From assembly GCA_020351995.1 (NCBI GenBank), contig CP070674.1, forward strand, positions 3,226,007-3,290,006: 64,000 nt of DNA, read 5' to 3'. A program made the translations under genes and the position numbers. Below are positions 1 to 9,853 of this stretch, one piece after another. The stretch is from Candidatus Zixiibacteriota bacterium (GTDB lineage Bacteria; Zixibacteria; MSB-5A5; GN15; FEB-12). How positions within the stretch are numbered: the first letter of the stretch is position 1; every line of letters starts with the position of its first letter. The notes beneath the pieces are model-generated. The model was not told the DNA's origin. It ran no database searches and saw only the letters and a program-made list of their open reading frames with translations.

Positions 1-2
1 AA

Positions 3-1025
3 GAGGACATTCACCCGCAGATCTCCCTTATTATTACCGCTTATAACGAAGAACGACGAATCAGGGAAAAAATAGAGAACACCCTGTCGATGGACTATCC
101 GAAGGACAGGCTCGAAATCATTGTTGTTTCCGACGCATCCACCGATCGGACCGACGAGATCGTACGCTCCTTCGCCGACCGGGGAATTCAGCTGCTTCGA
201 ATCCCGGAGCGTCACGGTAAGCATTACGGTCAGGGGCGAGGAATCCGGATGGCAAAAAGTGACATCGTGGTGCTTACCGACGCCACGACGTTCCTCGAGA
301 AGGACGGCGTATCAAAAATCATCCGCAATTTCGCCGATCCTGCTATCGGCTGTGTATCGTCCGAAGACAGGATGCGAACCGCTGATTCCAATGCCTCGGG
401 CGAGGGCATGTACGTTACCTATGAGATGACACTTCGTAGCCTCGAAAGCAAAGTGGGTTCGCTGGTGGGTGTCTCGGGCAGTTTCTACGCGGTGAGGAAA
501 CACCTCTGCGAACACTGGATTGACAATATGTCGAGCGATTTCTACATGCCGAGTGTATCGAAAATCAACGGTTACCGGACGGTGCTGGAGAGCGAGGCCC
601 TGGGTTATTATGACGTCGTCAGGGATCCGGAGAAGGAATTCATCCGTAAGGTAAGAACGGTGGTGCACGGGTACGAGGTTCTGTTCCGCTTTGCCCGCGT
701 GTTGAATCCGTTCAGGTACGGGTTCTACGCGGTTCAGATGTTCAGCCATAAGCTTTGCCGATGGCTGGTACCGCTGTTTATGGTTGTGGCTTTCGTCAGT
801 AATATCTTCCTGCTGAATCACGGGGTAATATATCAGATATCCTTTGTAGCGCAGGCGCTGGTGTACCTGTTGGCGATACTCGCCTTTGCCGCTCACCGAT
901 TGCAGGATATAGTCATGTTTAAGGTACCCTTCTTTTTTGTCATGGTAAATCTCTCGATTCTTGTCGCCTGGTATAAGTACCTGACCGGCCAGGAGTATGT
1001 GGTATGGGACGCAACGAAAAGATAA
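3..1025 (+). CDS. Glycosyltransferase family 2 (5'-truncated by window edge)
   Basis: Frame is open from base 3 (EDIHPQISLIITAYNEERRIREKIENTL...). GT-A motifs SDASTD, LTDA, SSDF; C-terminal TM helices. Confidence 0.9.
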   Translation, partial: EDIHPQISLIITAYNEERRIREKIENTLSMDYPKDRLEIIVVSDASTDRTDEIVRSFADRGIQLLRIPERHGKHYGQGRGIRMAKSDIVVLTDATTFLEKDGVSKIIRNFADPAIGCVSSEDRMRTADSNASGEGMYVTYEMTLRSLESKVGSLVGVSGSFYAVRKHLCEHWIDNMSSDFYMPSVSKINGYRTVLESEALGYYDVVRDPEKEFIRKVRTVVHGYEVLFRFARVLNPFRYGFYAVQMFSHKLCRWLVPLFMVVAFVSNIFLLNHGVIYQISFVAQALVYLLAILAFAAHRLQDIVMFKVPFFFVMVNLSILVAWYKYLTGQEYVVWDATKR

Positions 1026-2161
1026 GGGTCTGCCATGTCATCTCAGGTGACCTGTGGGCCGGGGCCGAGGTTCAGGCGTACACCATGCTCAAGGGCCTGG
1101 CCAGGATTCCTGATATAGACATCATGGCCATCGTTCTCAACGAAGGTAAGCTAACGTCCTTGCTACGAGCAGCCGGAGTCAGTGTTCTTGTCATCGACGA
1201 ATCGAAGAACGGTTTCTTCGCGATACTTCGCAAAGCCAGGGAACTTATGCGTGGCCGGGATATTGACATCATCCACAGCCATCGGCGCAAGGAAAACGTT
1301 CTCACCGGCCTGCTTAAGCGGAGCCGACACGCGGAACATGCCGTTCAGACAGTTCACGGAGCTTCCGAACCCTTCAAAGGCATAAAGTGGCTGAAAGAGA
1401 AGATTTACGCAATTATGAACAGGTACGTGACGAATCGTTACTTTGACCACATCATGCCGGTTTCAGACGACCTTAAATCTATTATCAGCGATACGCTGCG
1501 CCGTGGCCGACTGACGACCATTCATAACTCGATTGATTTGAAAACCGTAGTACTCACTAAGAGCGCATCCGAATTTCGACAGGAGTTGGGTCTCCCCGTT
1601 GATAAACCGGTCATCGGTTCGGCGGGAAGAATGGTTCCGGTCAAGGGGTTCGACGTTTTTGTGCGAGCGGCCGCCAAGGTGATGGCAAAGAGACCCGAGG
1701 TTTCTTACGTGCTGGCTGGTGAGGGCCCTCTGTCGGAAAGCTTGAAAAATCTTGCCGCCGATCTGGGCATAACCGACCGGGTCCGGTTTCCCGGGTTCCG
1801 GGAGGATATAACCGATTTGCTCAATTCGCTTGACATTTTCGTCGTTTCGTCGCATCACGAAGGTATCCCGACAGTGCTTCTGGAAGCGATGGCTCTCGGC
1901 AAATCGGTAGTGTGCACCGGCGTAGGCGGGATAAATGAGATTATAGAAGACGGGCTTTCGGGAATCCTGGTTGAGCCCGGCGATGCCGCGGCGATCGCCG
2001 AGGCCTGTGAGCGTCTCCTCGATAATGCGGATCTCAGACTTAACCTGGGACAGGCCGCGCGCAGGACAGTTGAGGACAGATTTTCATCGGAAAGCCAGGC
2101 CGGGAGCATAGCCGACATCTACAGGGGGCTGGTGCGTCCAGCTCACGAGCAGAAAGTGTGA
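1004..2161 (+). CDS. Glycosyltransferase family 4 (GT-B)
   Basis: GGAE-like N-terminal motif (WAGAE), GRMVPVKG, EGIPTVLLEAMA (EX7E). Overlaps upstream stop by 22 nt. Confidence 0.9.
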   Translation: MGRNEKIRVCHVISGDLWAGAEVQAYTMLKGLARIPDIDIMAIVLNEGKLTSLLRAAGVSVLVIDESKNGFFAILRKARELMRGRDIDIIHSHRRKENVLTGLLKRSRHAEHAVQTVHGASEPFKGIKWLKEKIYAIMNRYVTNRYFDHIMPVSDDLKSIISDTLRRGRLTTIHNSIDLKTVVLTKSASEFRQELGLPVDKPVIGSAGRMVPVKGFDVFVRAAAKVMAKRPEVSYVLAGEGPLSESLKNLAADLGITDRVRFPGFREDITDLLNSLDIFVVSSHHEGIPTVLLEAMALGKSVVCTGVGGINEIIEDGLSGILVEPGDAAAIAEACERLLDNADLRLNLGQAARRTVEDRFSSESQAGSIADIYRGLVRPAHEQKV

Positions 2162-2162
2162 T

Positions 2163-3146
2163 ATGGATAATAAGCAACTTAACCACCGCATAAGCTTCAT
2201 TATTCCCGTGTTAAATGGCGAGAAGTTCATCGCCGATTGCATCGACCACATACTGGCTGAAATGGGTGACGATGACGAACTCATCGTGGTTGACAACGGC
2301 TCGACTGACGGAACCATGGACATCGTTCGTCGATACAGCCGTGTCACCGTCATGCAGTTTCCTCATTCCACAATCGCGTACCTGAGAAACCGGGGGACCG
2401 AAGTTGGCTCGCGTGAACTGCTGGCGTTTATCGATTCCGACTGCATTTTGTGCGAAGGCTGGCGGAGAGCGGTGGCATCGGTTCTGGAGGATGACACCAT
2501 CCACGCCACTGGTTCAAAGTATGATATTCCTGAGCCCGCGCACTGGATCGAAAGAGCCTGGTATTCAAAAAGAACCCGGGAGATGGCGCCGGCCAAATAT
2601 ATCAACTCCGGTAACCTGGTGGTTCGAAGGGAAGTTTTCGAGGCTATTGGTGGATTTGATGAAAGTCTTGTTACGGACGAGGACTATGACATTGGTCGAC
2701 GATTAAACCAGAGCGGGTTCAGAATCATCGAAGCACCGCAGATCCGTGTGATACACCTGGGTAATCCGAAGAGCCTGCGGAACTTTTATCGAAAAGAAAA
2801 GTGGCACGCCACCAGTTCGCTCAACGCTCTGACCCGCGGAGATATCGACAAACCGACCATGATGACGATGGTATTCTTGCTCTGCTGTCTTATCGCATTG
2901 CTGATACTGCCATCGATCATCGCCGGCAAATTAAGTCCCGTGCGGCTGGTAGCTTTACTTCTATTCGTCCCCCTGGTAACGGCCTTTTACCGGGCGGTTC
3001 AATACCGGGCGTTCGTTCATATTCCGGCATTTATAGTTCTTTACTTTTTGTTTTATATTGCCAGAGGGGGCACATTCCTCCAGTATATGTATAGACTGAT
3101 CATGGGGCGCATTTACCTCGGCAAGTCCAGGGAACAAAGCCGTTGA
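2163..3146 (+). CDS. Glycosyltransferase family 2 with C-terminal TM helices
   Basis: SFIIPVLNGE, VDNGSTDGT, FIDSD, GGFDE...EDYD motifs. Confidence 0.9.
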   Translation: MDNKQLNHRISFIIPVLNGEKFIADCIDHILAEMGDDDELIVVDNGSTDGTMDIVRRYSRVTVMQFPHSTIAYLRNRGTEVGSRELLAFIDSDCILCEGWRRAVASVLEDDTIHATGSKYDIPEPAHWIERAWYSKRTREMAPAKYINSGNLVVRREVFEAIGGFDESLVTDEDYDIGRRLNQSGFRIIEAPQIRVIHLGNPKSLRNFYRKEKWHATSSLNALTRGDIDKPTMMTMVFLLCCLIALLILPSIIAGKLSPVRLVALLLFVPLVTAFYRAVQYRAFVHIPAFIVLYFLFYIARGGTFLQYMYRLIMGRIYLGKSREQSR

Positions 3147-3515
3147 TTCATCATGGCTTAAGCCCGGCACAGAGCAGTCGGGCCCAAGTCGCGATGGGGC
3201 AAGTCCGATGGCGTGACAATTTTGCGAAATAATTCTAATGATTACAGGTCGTAACTGCGTAAAAATATTCAAGGTAGACTGTGCGAAATAGGATAGCCGG
3301 TATTAAAGGTCGAAATCAGGACAACACTGCTCAGATTTTGGTTCGGCGCAGGACATTTACGGCGCAGGGGACCCAGGCATCAGAGCAAATTCATTGTATA
3401 ATAATGAGTTACAATTGGGGGCAAAGGCCTCATGGCCGGCGCACTACTTGCTTGTTTCTGATAATATGAGGTACGCGAATACAATTTAGACTTTGTGTTA
3501 AGTGGGGTAGCGAAA

Positions 3516-6065
3516 ATGGGTTCAAGAATAACGCTGGTGGTTGTTCTGCTGCTTATCCTGGCGGGAAATTCGGCGGCAACCACCTATTATGTTTCCAAAA
3601 ACGGAGCGGGCACGGACGGACGGTCCTGGCAAACGGCGTGGACGACTATTGACGATGTCAATGTTGGTGTTTCATCCGGCGACACGGTCTTTTTCGGAAC
3701 CGGGACATGGATTGGAACTCAACTGAGATGCGTGGCCGGAACCTATTCCGACCGCACGGTGTACGCCTGCTCGTCATTTGCCTACACGAACTTCAACGGT
3801 GAATACCACTTCGCCAAAATCTGGGGAGCCAGTTCTCTCGACAACGCCAACAAAAACGTCATTCAATGCCATTATGACAACAACAGCCGCTTGAGCTATG
3901 TGACCCTCTATGGTCTGGAGCTGGCCTATGGCAGACCGCGGGTAATAAGCATCTATGGTGTAACGGTGGATTCTTTCTTTGTCGACCACTGCAAGCTTGT
4001 GGGTTGTATATCCAGTTCCTATGACAACCCATCATTGTGGCATTCCGGTACCATGGTCGGAAGCGAGGGCTCTTTCAACCGCTTGCTGGCCTGTTCGCTA
4101 AGCACCGCCTATGGTCCCGGCGGGGGGCATGGCTGTGGTATCGACACGTACAGTCAGAACAATATGACTGTTGATTCCTGCGTATTCTACGGTCACTTTG
4201 ACGGCGCCTGCCTGTGGTGGAAAAACGACAACGACGGCGAGAATTTCAGTAATGTAGTAAAAAACTCACTTTTTACACCAACCAGTGCCGACTATGGTGG
4301 CGGGGTCTGGCTTTATCGCAACCAGAACTACGACTCGGTGTACAACAACGTGTTCGCGGGTGGATTAACGCGGGGGGTCAGGATCGGTAACCATACCAGT
4401 CGCCCGAACAATAGCACCGTTATTCAGAATAACACGTTTATCAACTGCGCCGGGCACGGGGGCGATCGCAACTGTATCGATGGGTACGCAACCACGGGGA
4501 CTGTTTTCAAATACAATGTAGTGTATCGAACCAGCACACCGTACCATGTTATTGGCGAGTGTCTGGACCAGAACGACCTCGATATCGACTCGAACCTGTA
4601 CGTTGTAGCCTCGGCCAACGCCGAATACGGCTACGCCAACTATGTCAGTCAATCATTCTGGATGAACACCCTGGGGCACGACCGAAATTCGGCTTTTTAC
4701 TCCAACGTAGTCGATATCGGTTTTGCCGACATCAACAACGGCGATTACCGCCGTAGCCCCGATACAATTGAAATGAACGCTGTTTATGACGGCCGTCAGT
4801 GGCTCTACTATGGCGCCAATCTCTTTCCAGGCGAAATCGATTCGATCGCGCCCTCCCCAATCGATGACTTGGGGGCAGTGCCGGGCGAAGTCGATGGGGA
4901 GATAATTCTGACCTGGACGGCCCCGGGCAATGACGGCGATGAGGGGACGCTCTTTCGATATGAAGTGATGTGGTCAGAAACGCCGATCACGGAAGATAAC
5001 TGGACAGCGAGCATGTACATCTACAATCCGAGACCGGCAGGAAACACGGAGAGATATGTCATATCCGACCTCCGACCGGGCGTGGATTATTACGTTGCAG
5101 TGCGGGGATTTGATTTCGTAAGCAATGAAACCGGTATTTCAAACATCGTTCAAGCATGCGCGTGTGCCGTTAGACCACCACCGTGGTTATTCACCCGGGT
5201 TAACGAGCTGGATGGGAGCGCAATCCTGACGTGTTCGACCGTGGTTTCTTACAGAGACGCCGATATCTACCGTTTCGCCCTTACCGATTCCGCTTCGGAC
5301 AACACCGTCATTGAAAGTGTCAGCGCCACCGGCGACCCCACCCTATCAGTCACTTTCACCGATCTAGACCCCGGTTCTCTTTATTACTGGAGGTGCCGAA
5401 CGGTTGTGACCGGCGCGGACTCCAGCGACTGGTCCTTTCCCAAGAAGTTTCGGCTTTCAAACGTATGCCCTGATCCACCGGATATCATTTATCCCGCAGA
5501 AAGCGAGACGGTGCTCGGCGCCGGTAGTGATTTCGGCCTGATGATCGACAGCGGTACCGATGACGATAGCACGGGTCAGTTGAGCTACGATTTCGAATTA
5601 AGCCGTCTTGATTCATCGACTCCGCTGGCCGCCGCGACCGGCGTTGTCGGGGATGAGTCGCCCATGAGCTGGACAGTGCCGGTCTTCCTCGAAGGCAACA
5701 CAACCTACCGATGGCGTGTTCGTAGCTTTGATGGTCTCGATTACTCGTTCTGGTCAGACTGGTCACGGTTCACCCTGACAGGGGCAATTGCCGGCGATAC
5801 ACCGGACGATCCAAACGCTGTTATCGCCTTTCCCAACCCGGTTCATTTCAATGAGGGCGAGTATGTTACATTCACCTTACCGGATGATCCGGTGGACCTG
5901 CTGATTCAGACTGTGTCGGGAGAAACCGTCCTTATGAGAACAGGTATTTCGGGAGATTGGCAGTGGTTCGGCGAGAACGCCTCCGGCAACATCGTTGCCA
6001 TCGGCATTTACTCCTGGTTCGTTCGTGGCACCAGCCAGAGTGGCAAAATAGTAGTCAAGCCTTAG
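3516..6065 (+). CDS. Large secreted protein: parallel beta-helix (pectin-lyase-like) region, FN3/Ig-like domains, T9SS-type C-terminal domain
   Basis: Signal peptide from ATG 3516; YYVSKNG...GRSW..AWTTI start; Asn-rich beta-helix repeats; FN3-like LTWTAPG...YYVAVR; C-terminal IAFPNP...W...G..VAIGIY...KIVV. Confidence 0.7.
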   Translation: MGSRITLVVVLLLILAGNSAATTYYVSKNGAGTDGRSWQTAWTTIDDVNVGVSSGDTVFFGTGTWIGTQLRCVAGTYSDRTVYACSSFAYTNFNGEYHFAKIWGASSLDNANKNVIQCHYDNNSRLSYVTLYGLELAYGRPRVISIYGVTVDSFFVDHCKLVGCISSSYDNPSLWHSGTMVGSEGSFNRLLACSLSTAYGPGGGHGCGIDTYSQNNMTVDSCVFYGHFDGACLWWKNDNDGENFSNVVKNSLFTPTSADYGGGVWLYRNQNYDSVYNNVFAGGLTRGVRIGNHTSRPNNSTVIQNNTFINCAGHGGDRNCIDGYATTGTVFKYNVVYRTSTPYHVIGECLDQNDLDIDSNLYVVASANAEYGYANYVSQSFWMNTLGHDRNSAFYSNVVDIGFADINNGDYRRSPDTIEMNAVYDGRQWLYYGANLFPGEIDSIAPSPIDDLGAVPGEVDGEIILTWTAPGNDGDEGTLFRYEVMWSETPITEDNWTASMYIYNPRPAGNTERYVISDLRPGVDYYVAVRGFDFVSNETGISNIVQACACAVRPPPWLFTRVNELDGSAILTCSTVVSYRDADIYRFALTDSASDNTVIESVSATGDPTLSVTFTDLDPGSLYYWRCRTVVTGADSSDWSFPKKFRLSNVCPDPPDIIYPAESETVLGAGSDFGLMIDSGTDDDSTGQLSYDFELSRLDSSTPLAAATGVVGDESPMSWTVPVFLEGNTTYRWRVRSFDGLDYSFWSDWSRFTLTGAIAGDTPDDPNAVIAFPNPVHFNEGEYVTFTLPDDPVDLLIQTVSGETVLMRTGISGDWQWFGENASGNIVAIGIYSWFVRGTSQSGKIVVKP

Positions 6066-6139
6066 TGTATTTCACACCTTAAAGAGTAACTAACAGGGGC
6101 TAACCACGAGAGAACATCTCGTTATGGATGAGTACGTCT

Positions 6140-7102
6140 TTATTCCAGGCGTATGTTATCAATGAACAGGGTGTGCTGGCGGATCAGGTTAACCGTAAAT
6201 ATGTGAATCGGCCCAACCGAACCCAGATCCAATTCGCGGCCGGCGGGAGCCACTCTAACATCGGAAATCGGTATCGATATTTGACTGTCTCCCGGCAACA
6301 CCGCCATAATCTTATTGAATCGGTCAGTATATTCGTCATTGTGATGGGAGTCTTCAATCCTGATTCGGATAATGATGGCCGTATCCGCGGGCGAGTAAAG
6401 GTCAAACCGCAGCGCGGTGTATTCCCTCCAGTCCGGGTATGGTTCCACAATGGCCATTCCCGGAAAGTCGCCTGATCGGAGAGTCAGTTTTCCAACCTTA
6501 CCCCGGCCACTCAACCAGACGTCGGGAGAACGTACAATCTCAACCCTGGCATCGGTGGTGGACAGAAATCTTCTACTCCAGCGAGAGTCGAAATCACATA
6601 TAACAGGAAAGGCCCGGCTGCGATGAACATAAGTTTCTGACAGCAGGGCCAACGGCACGAATGAAATCACCAGCACCGCCAGAGCAAGCGCCAGAACACC
6701 CATTCGTTGGCGGAACGAGATACTTACTTTCATCCCCCGGTCGAAATACATGAAGACGCCCAAGAATGAGATTGCCCCCGCTATGTCTCGGATAAGGTCG
6801 CCGAAATCGGCGTCGCGTGGGCCGATTAGCTGAGCGAACTCAGTAACCGCCCCCAAGAAGATGCAGGCGCCGAGGGCTAAGAGATAATGATGCCACCTGT
6901 GTTTAAGACGACGGTCGAGTGTTCGGAGAGATATGCCCAGTAGAAGCAGGGAGATTACACCGAAGAACGGGGTGTGGCCCGTGTTCTGGATTTCTCTCCA
7001 GAGGAACGTATTGAGTGGTAACTGGTAATCCAGCACCGCAATAGTCATGGCCAATACGGCAATCACCATCATGCCGACAACAGCACTTCCGCGAGTAGTC
7101 AT
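6140..7102 (-). CDS. VanZ-like membrane protein fused to a periplasmic carbohydrate-binding-like domain
   Basis: N-terminal TMs with GHxxxF and TEFAQ...RDADFGDLIRD (VanZ-like); soluble C-terminus with PDWREYTALRFDLYSP. Confidence 0.65.
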   Translation of the reverse strand: MTTRGSAVVGMMVIAVLAMTIAVLDYQLPLNTFLWREIQNTGHTPFFGVISLLLLGISLRTLDRRLKHRWHHYLLALGACIFLGAVTEFAQLIGPRDADFGDLIRDIAGAISFLGVFMYFDRGMKVSISFRQRMGVLALALAVLVISFVPLALLSETYVHRSRAFPVICDFDSRWSRRFLSTTDARVEIVRSPDVWLSGRGKVGKLTLRSGDFPGMAIVEPYPDWREYTALRFDLYSPADTAIIIRIRIEDSHHNDEYTDRFNKIMAVLPGDSQISIPISDVRVAPAGRELDLGSVGPIHIFTVNLIRQHTLFIDNIRLE

Positions 7103-7546
7103 GATATCGATTCTTCTATATGAAGGTGAGCCATCGTCAACACAGTGAGCCTAAAGCTAACACAAGCCGACCGGCTTTTCAACTGCTTTCTTGTTCGGGG
7201 ATCCATCATCTGCGGCCTGCACCACCTGTGCCCGGGGCTGTGAATGGGCCGGATGGCCCCACCGCCGACAGGGGATGAACAGCACCTGGCGGCCCATTCC
7301 CAAAGTGCCAGCGCCGGCATCAAGCGGCGTAATTTACACCATAGCAACAAGATAGCGGCCAGCTCGAAGTGTGTTATGGGCCGGGGGCAGACGACCAACA
7401 AATATAATTGAAAAATGGAGCTTTTCCGGCTTTATTTTGTTGCAAAGAAAAGAGGAAGGAGCCGGGAACAACTGATCCAGGTAGGAATGTTTGGATAATA
7501 TTCGCCTTTACAGCAGAAACTAAGATCTTCGTAAGGAATCGCAGAC

Positions 7547-9364
7547 TTGAACATACTGGGGATATCGGCTTTTTATCATGACAGCGCAGCCTGTCTTGTC
7601 CGCGATGGCAAGATTGTCTCGGCCGCTCAGGAGGAGCGGTTCACCCGTAAGAAACATGACTTCAGCTTTCCCACTAACGCCGTACGTTTCTGCCTGGGGG
7701 ACAGTAACCTCGACGGCAGCGACCTCGATCTGGTGGCTTTTTACGACAAGCCGTTTCTAAAATTCGAACGTATTCTCGAGACCTACCTGGCCTTCGCACC
7801 GCTTGGCATAAAGTCTTTCATCAAAGCAGTTCCTCTGTGGATAAAGGAGAAGCTCTGGATGAAAGATCTTATTGAGCGGCAGCTACAATTCAAAGGCAAG
7901 ATCATTTTTCCAGAGCACCATCAGTCGCATGCCGCTTCGGCATTTCTCCCTTCCCCATTTCAGCAGGCCGCCTTTTTAACGATAGACGGGGTCGGCGAGT
8001 GGGCTACGGCCAGTTACGGCGTCGGCCGCGACAACAGAATTGAGATTCAGGCCGAAATCCATTTTCCTAATTCACTGGGCTTGCTTTATTCGGCATTCAC
8101 GTATTACACGGGTTTCAAGGTAAACTCCGGTGAATACAAAGTCATGGGGCTTGCACCTTACGGGGAGCCGAAGTACAAGGACTTGATTCTGTCGGAATTG
8201 ATGGATCTCAAGGAAGACGGCTCTTTCAGGATGAACATGAATTATTTCGATTACTGTGCGGGACTGACTATGACGAACGGGAAGTTCGACAAGTTGTTTG
8301 GCGGTCCGCCGCGCAAACCCGAGTCCCGGCTAACCCAGCGCGATATGGACCTGGCCCGGTCAGTCCAGGATGTAACGGAAGAAGTTATGCTGCGGATGGT
8401 CCGTCATGTTCATAAGCAAACGGGCCAGAAGAATCTTTGTCTCGCGGGCGGTGTTGCCCTGAACTGCGTGGGAAACGGTCGAATCCTCCGGGAAGGGCCG
8501 TTCGAGAATATCTGGATACAGCCCGCCGCCGGAGATGCCGGCGGGGCCATAGGCGCGGCTCTGATCGGCTGGCACGAGTACCTGGGCAACGCGCGGCAGG
8601 CTGATAATCATGATGATTCTCAATACGGGTCATTCCTGGGGCCTGTCTTCCAGCCGGAACAGATAAGAAGCTATCTTGACGAGAATGAAATCGCTTACAC
8701 TGAAATCCAGCCGGACAAAATCCCGGAGCGCATCGCCGATCTGATTGCCCAGGAAAAAGTAATTGGCTGGTTCCAGGGGCGGATGGAGTTCGGGCCGCGA
8801 GCTCTCGGCGCACGGTCGATCATCGGTGATGCCCGCTCGCCGAAAATGCAGGAGATAATGAATCTCAAGATTAAGTTCCGGGAGAGCTTCAGGCCGTTCG
8901 CACCCTCGGTGATCGAGGAGCGAAGCCGTGACTTCTTTGATATAAAGACCGCCAGTCCCTATATGCTGCTGGTAGCCGAGGTGCAGAAACAGCATCAGCA
9001 AGAGATGACACCTGAGCAGCAGCGTCTATTCGGACTTGATAAATTAAAGGTGGTCCGCTCATCGATACCGGCCGTGACTCATGTTGACTATTCGGCCCGG
9101 TTGCAGACGGTATCGCGCCGGCACAATCCCCTGTACCATAAAGTCATTGACACCTTCGACCAAAAATACGGGTGCCCGGTGATAATCAACACTTCCTTTA
9201 ATGTGCGCGGAGAGCCAATCGTGTGTTCGCCTCGCGATGCCTATCTGTGCTTCATGAGAACCAACATGGATTATCTTATCATGGGGCCTTGCCTCCTGGA
9301 CAAAAGCCAGCAGAAGCCCCTTGAAGAAGATACTGACTGGCAGAAAGAGTTCGAACTCGACTGA
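7547..9364 (+). CDS. Carbamoyltransferase, NodU/CmcH family
   Basis: YHDSAA, EERFTRKKH, HHQSH, DGVGE, EYKVMGLAPYG, GGVALN, EFGPRALG, RPFAP, NTSFN motifs. TTG start. Confidence 0.93.
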   Translation: MNILGISAFYHDSAACLVRDGKIVSAAQEERFTRKKHDFSFPTNAVRFCLGDSNLDGSDLDLVAFYDKPFLKFERILETYLAFAPLGIKSFIKAVPLWIKEKLWMKDLIERQLQFKGKIIFPEHHQSHAASAFLPSPFQQAAFLTIDGVGEWATASYGVGRDNRIEIQAEIHFPNSLGLLYSAFTYYTGFKVNSGEYKVMGLAPYGEPKYKDLILSELMDLKEDGSFRMNMNYFDYCAGLTMTNGKFDKLFGGPPRKPESRLTQRDMDLARSVQDVTEEVMLRMVRHVHKQTGQKNLCLAGGVALNCVGNGRILREGPFENIWIQPAAGDAGGAIGAALIGWHEYLGNARQADNHDDSQYGSFLGPVFQPEQIRSYLDENEIAYTEIQPDKIPERIADLIAQEKVIGWFQGRMEFGPRALGARSIIGDARSPKMQEIMNLKIKFRESFRPFAPSVIEERSRDFFDIKTASPYMLLVAEVQKQHQQEMTPEQQRLFGLDKLKVVRSSIPAVTHVDYSARLQTVSRRHNPLYHKVIDTFDQKYGCPVIINTSFNVRGEPIVCSPRDAYLCFMRTNMDYLIMGPCLLDKSQQKPLEEDTDWQKEFELD

Positions 9365-9374
9365 GGAAATTCTT

Positions 9375-9791
9375 GTGATACTCGAGCAGATTAAGAGCAT
9401 AAAGAGCGGGAAAAGAGAACTTCGCCATTTCGGCCTGATAATGGCGGTTGTCCTGGGAATCATCGGCGGCTATCTATGGTGGCGGGGAGGCGAATACTAT
9501 GCCCACCTGTTAGTCGCGGCGGCTTTCTTCGGCCTTGCCGGGTGGGTAATCCCGGTCTTGCTGATGCCTTTTCATAAGATCTGGATGACCATTTCTATAA
9601 TATTGGGATGGTTTATGACGAGGCTGATTCTGGTGTGTCTTTTCTATCTGGTCGTTACACCGACAGGACTGTTGGCGAAGTTATTCGGCAAGAAGTTCCT
9701 GCAGTGGCAATTCGACAGTGAGGCGAAAAGTTACTGGGTGTTGAAGAGGGAATCATCGCCTGACAAGAAGGTTTACGAGCGACAGTTTTGA
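9375..9791 (+). CDS. SxtJ-family membrane protein
   Basis: ELRHFG...W...LGWFMTR...F...TPTG...YW...YERQF pattern, directly after a carbamoyltransferase. GTG start with GAGG RBS chosen. Confidence 0.7.
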   Translation: MILEQIKSIKSGKRELRHFGLIMAVVLGIIGGYLWWRGGEYYAHLLVAAAFFGLAGWVIPVLLMPFHKIWMTISIILGWFMTRLILVCLFYLVVTPTGLLAKLFGKKFLQWQFDSEAKSYWVLKRESSPDKKVYERQF

Positions 9792-9853
9792 TCTTGCTAC
9801 TACTATAAATGTTCGCGGGGGCTATCAAATAATTATTAAAATAGGGTGCTAAA

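Noticed and set aside
7547-9791. Saxitoxin biosynthesis suggested by the SxtI/SxtJ-like pair
   Set aside because: No sxtA-like PKS, amidinotransferase or other sxt genes; the context is glycosyltransferases and Ugd.
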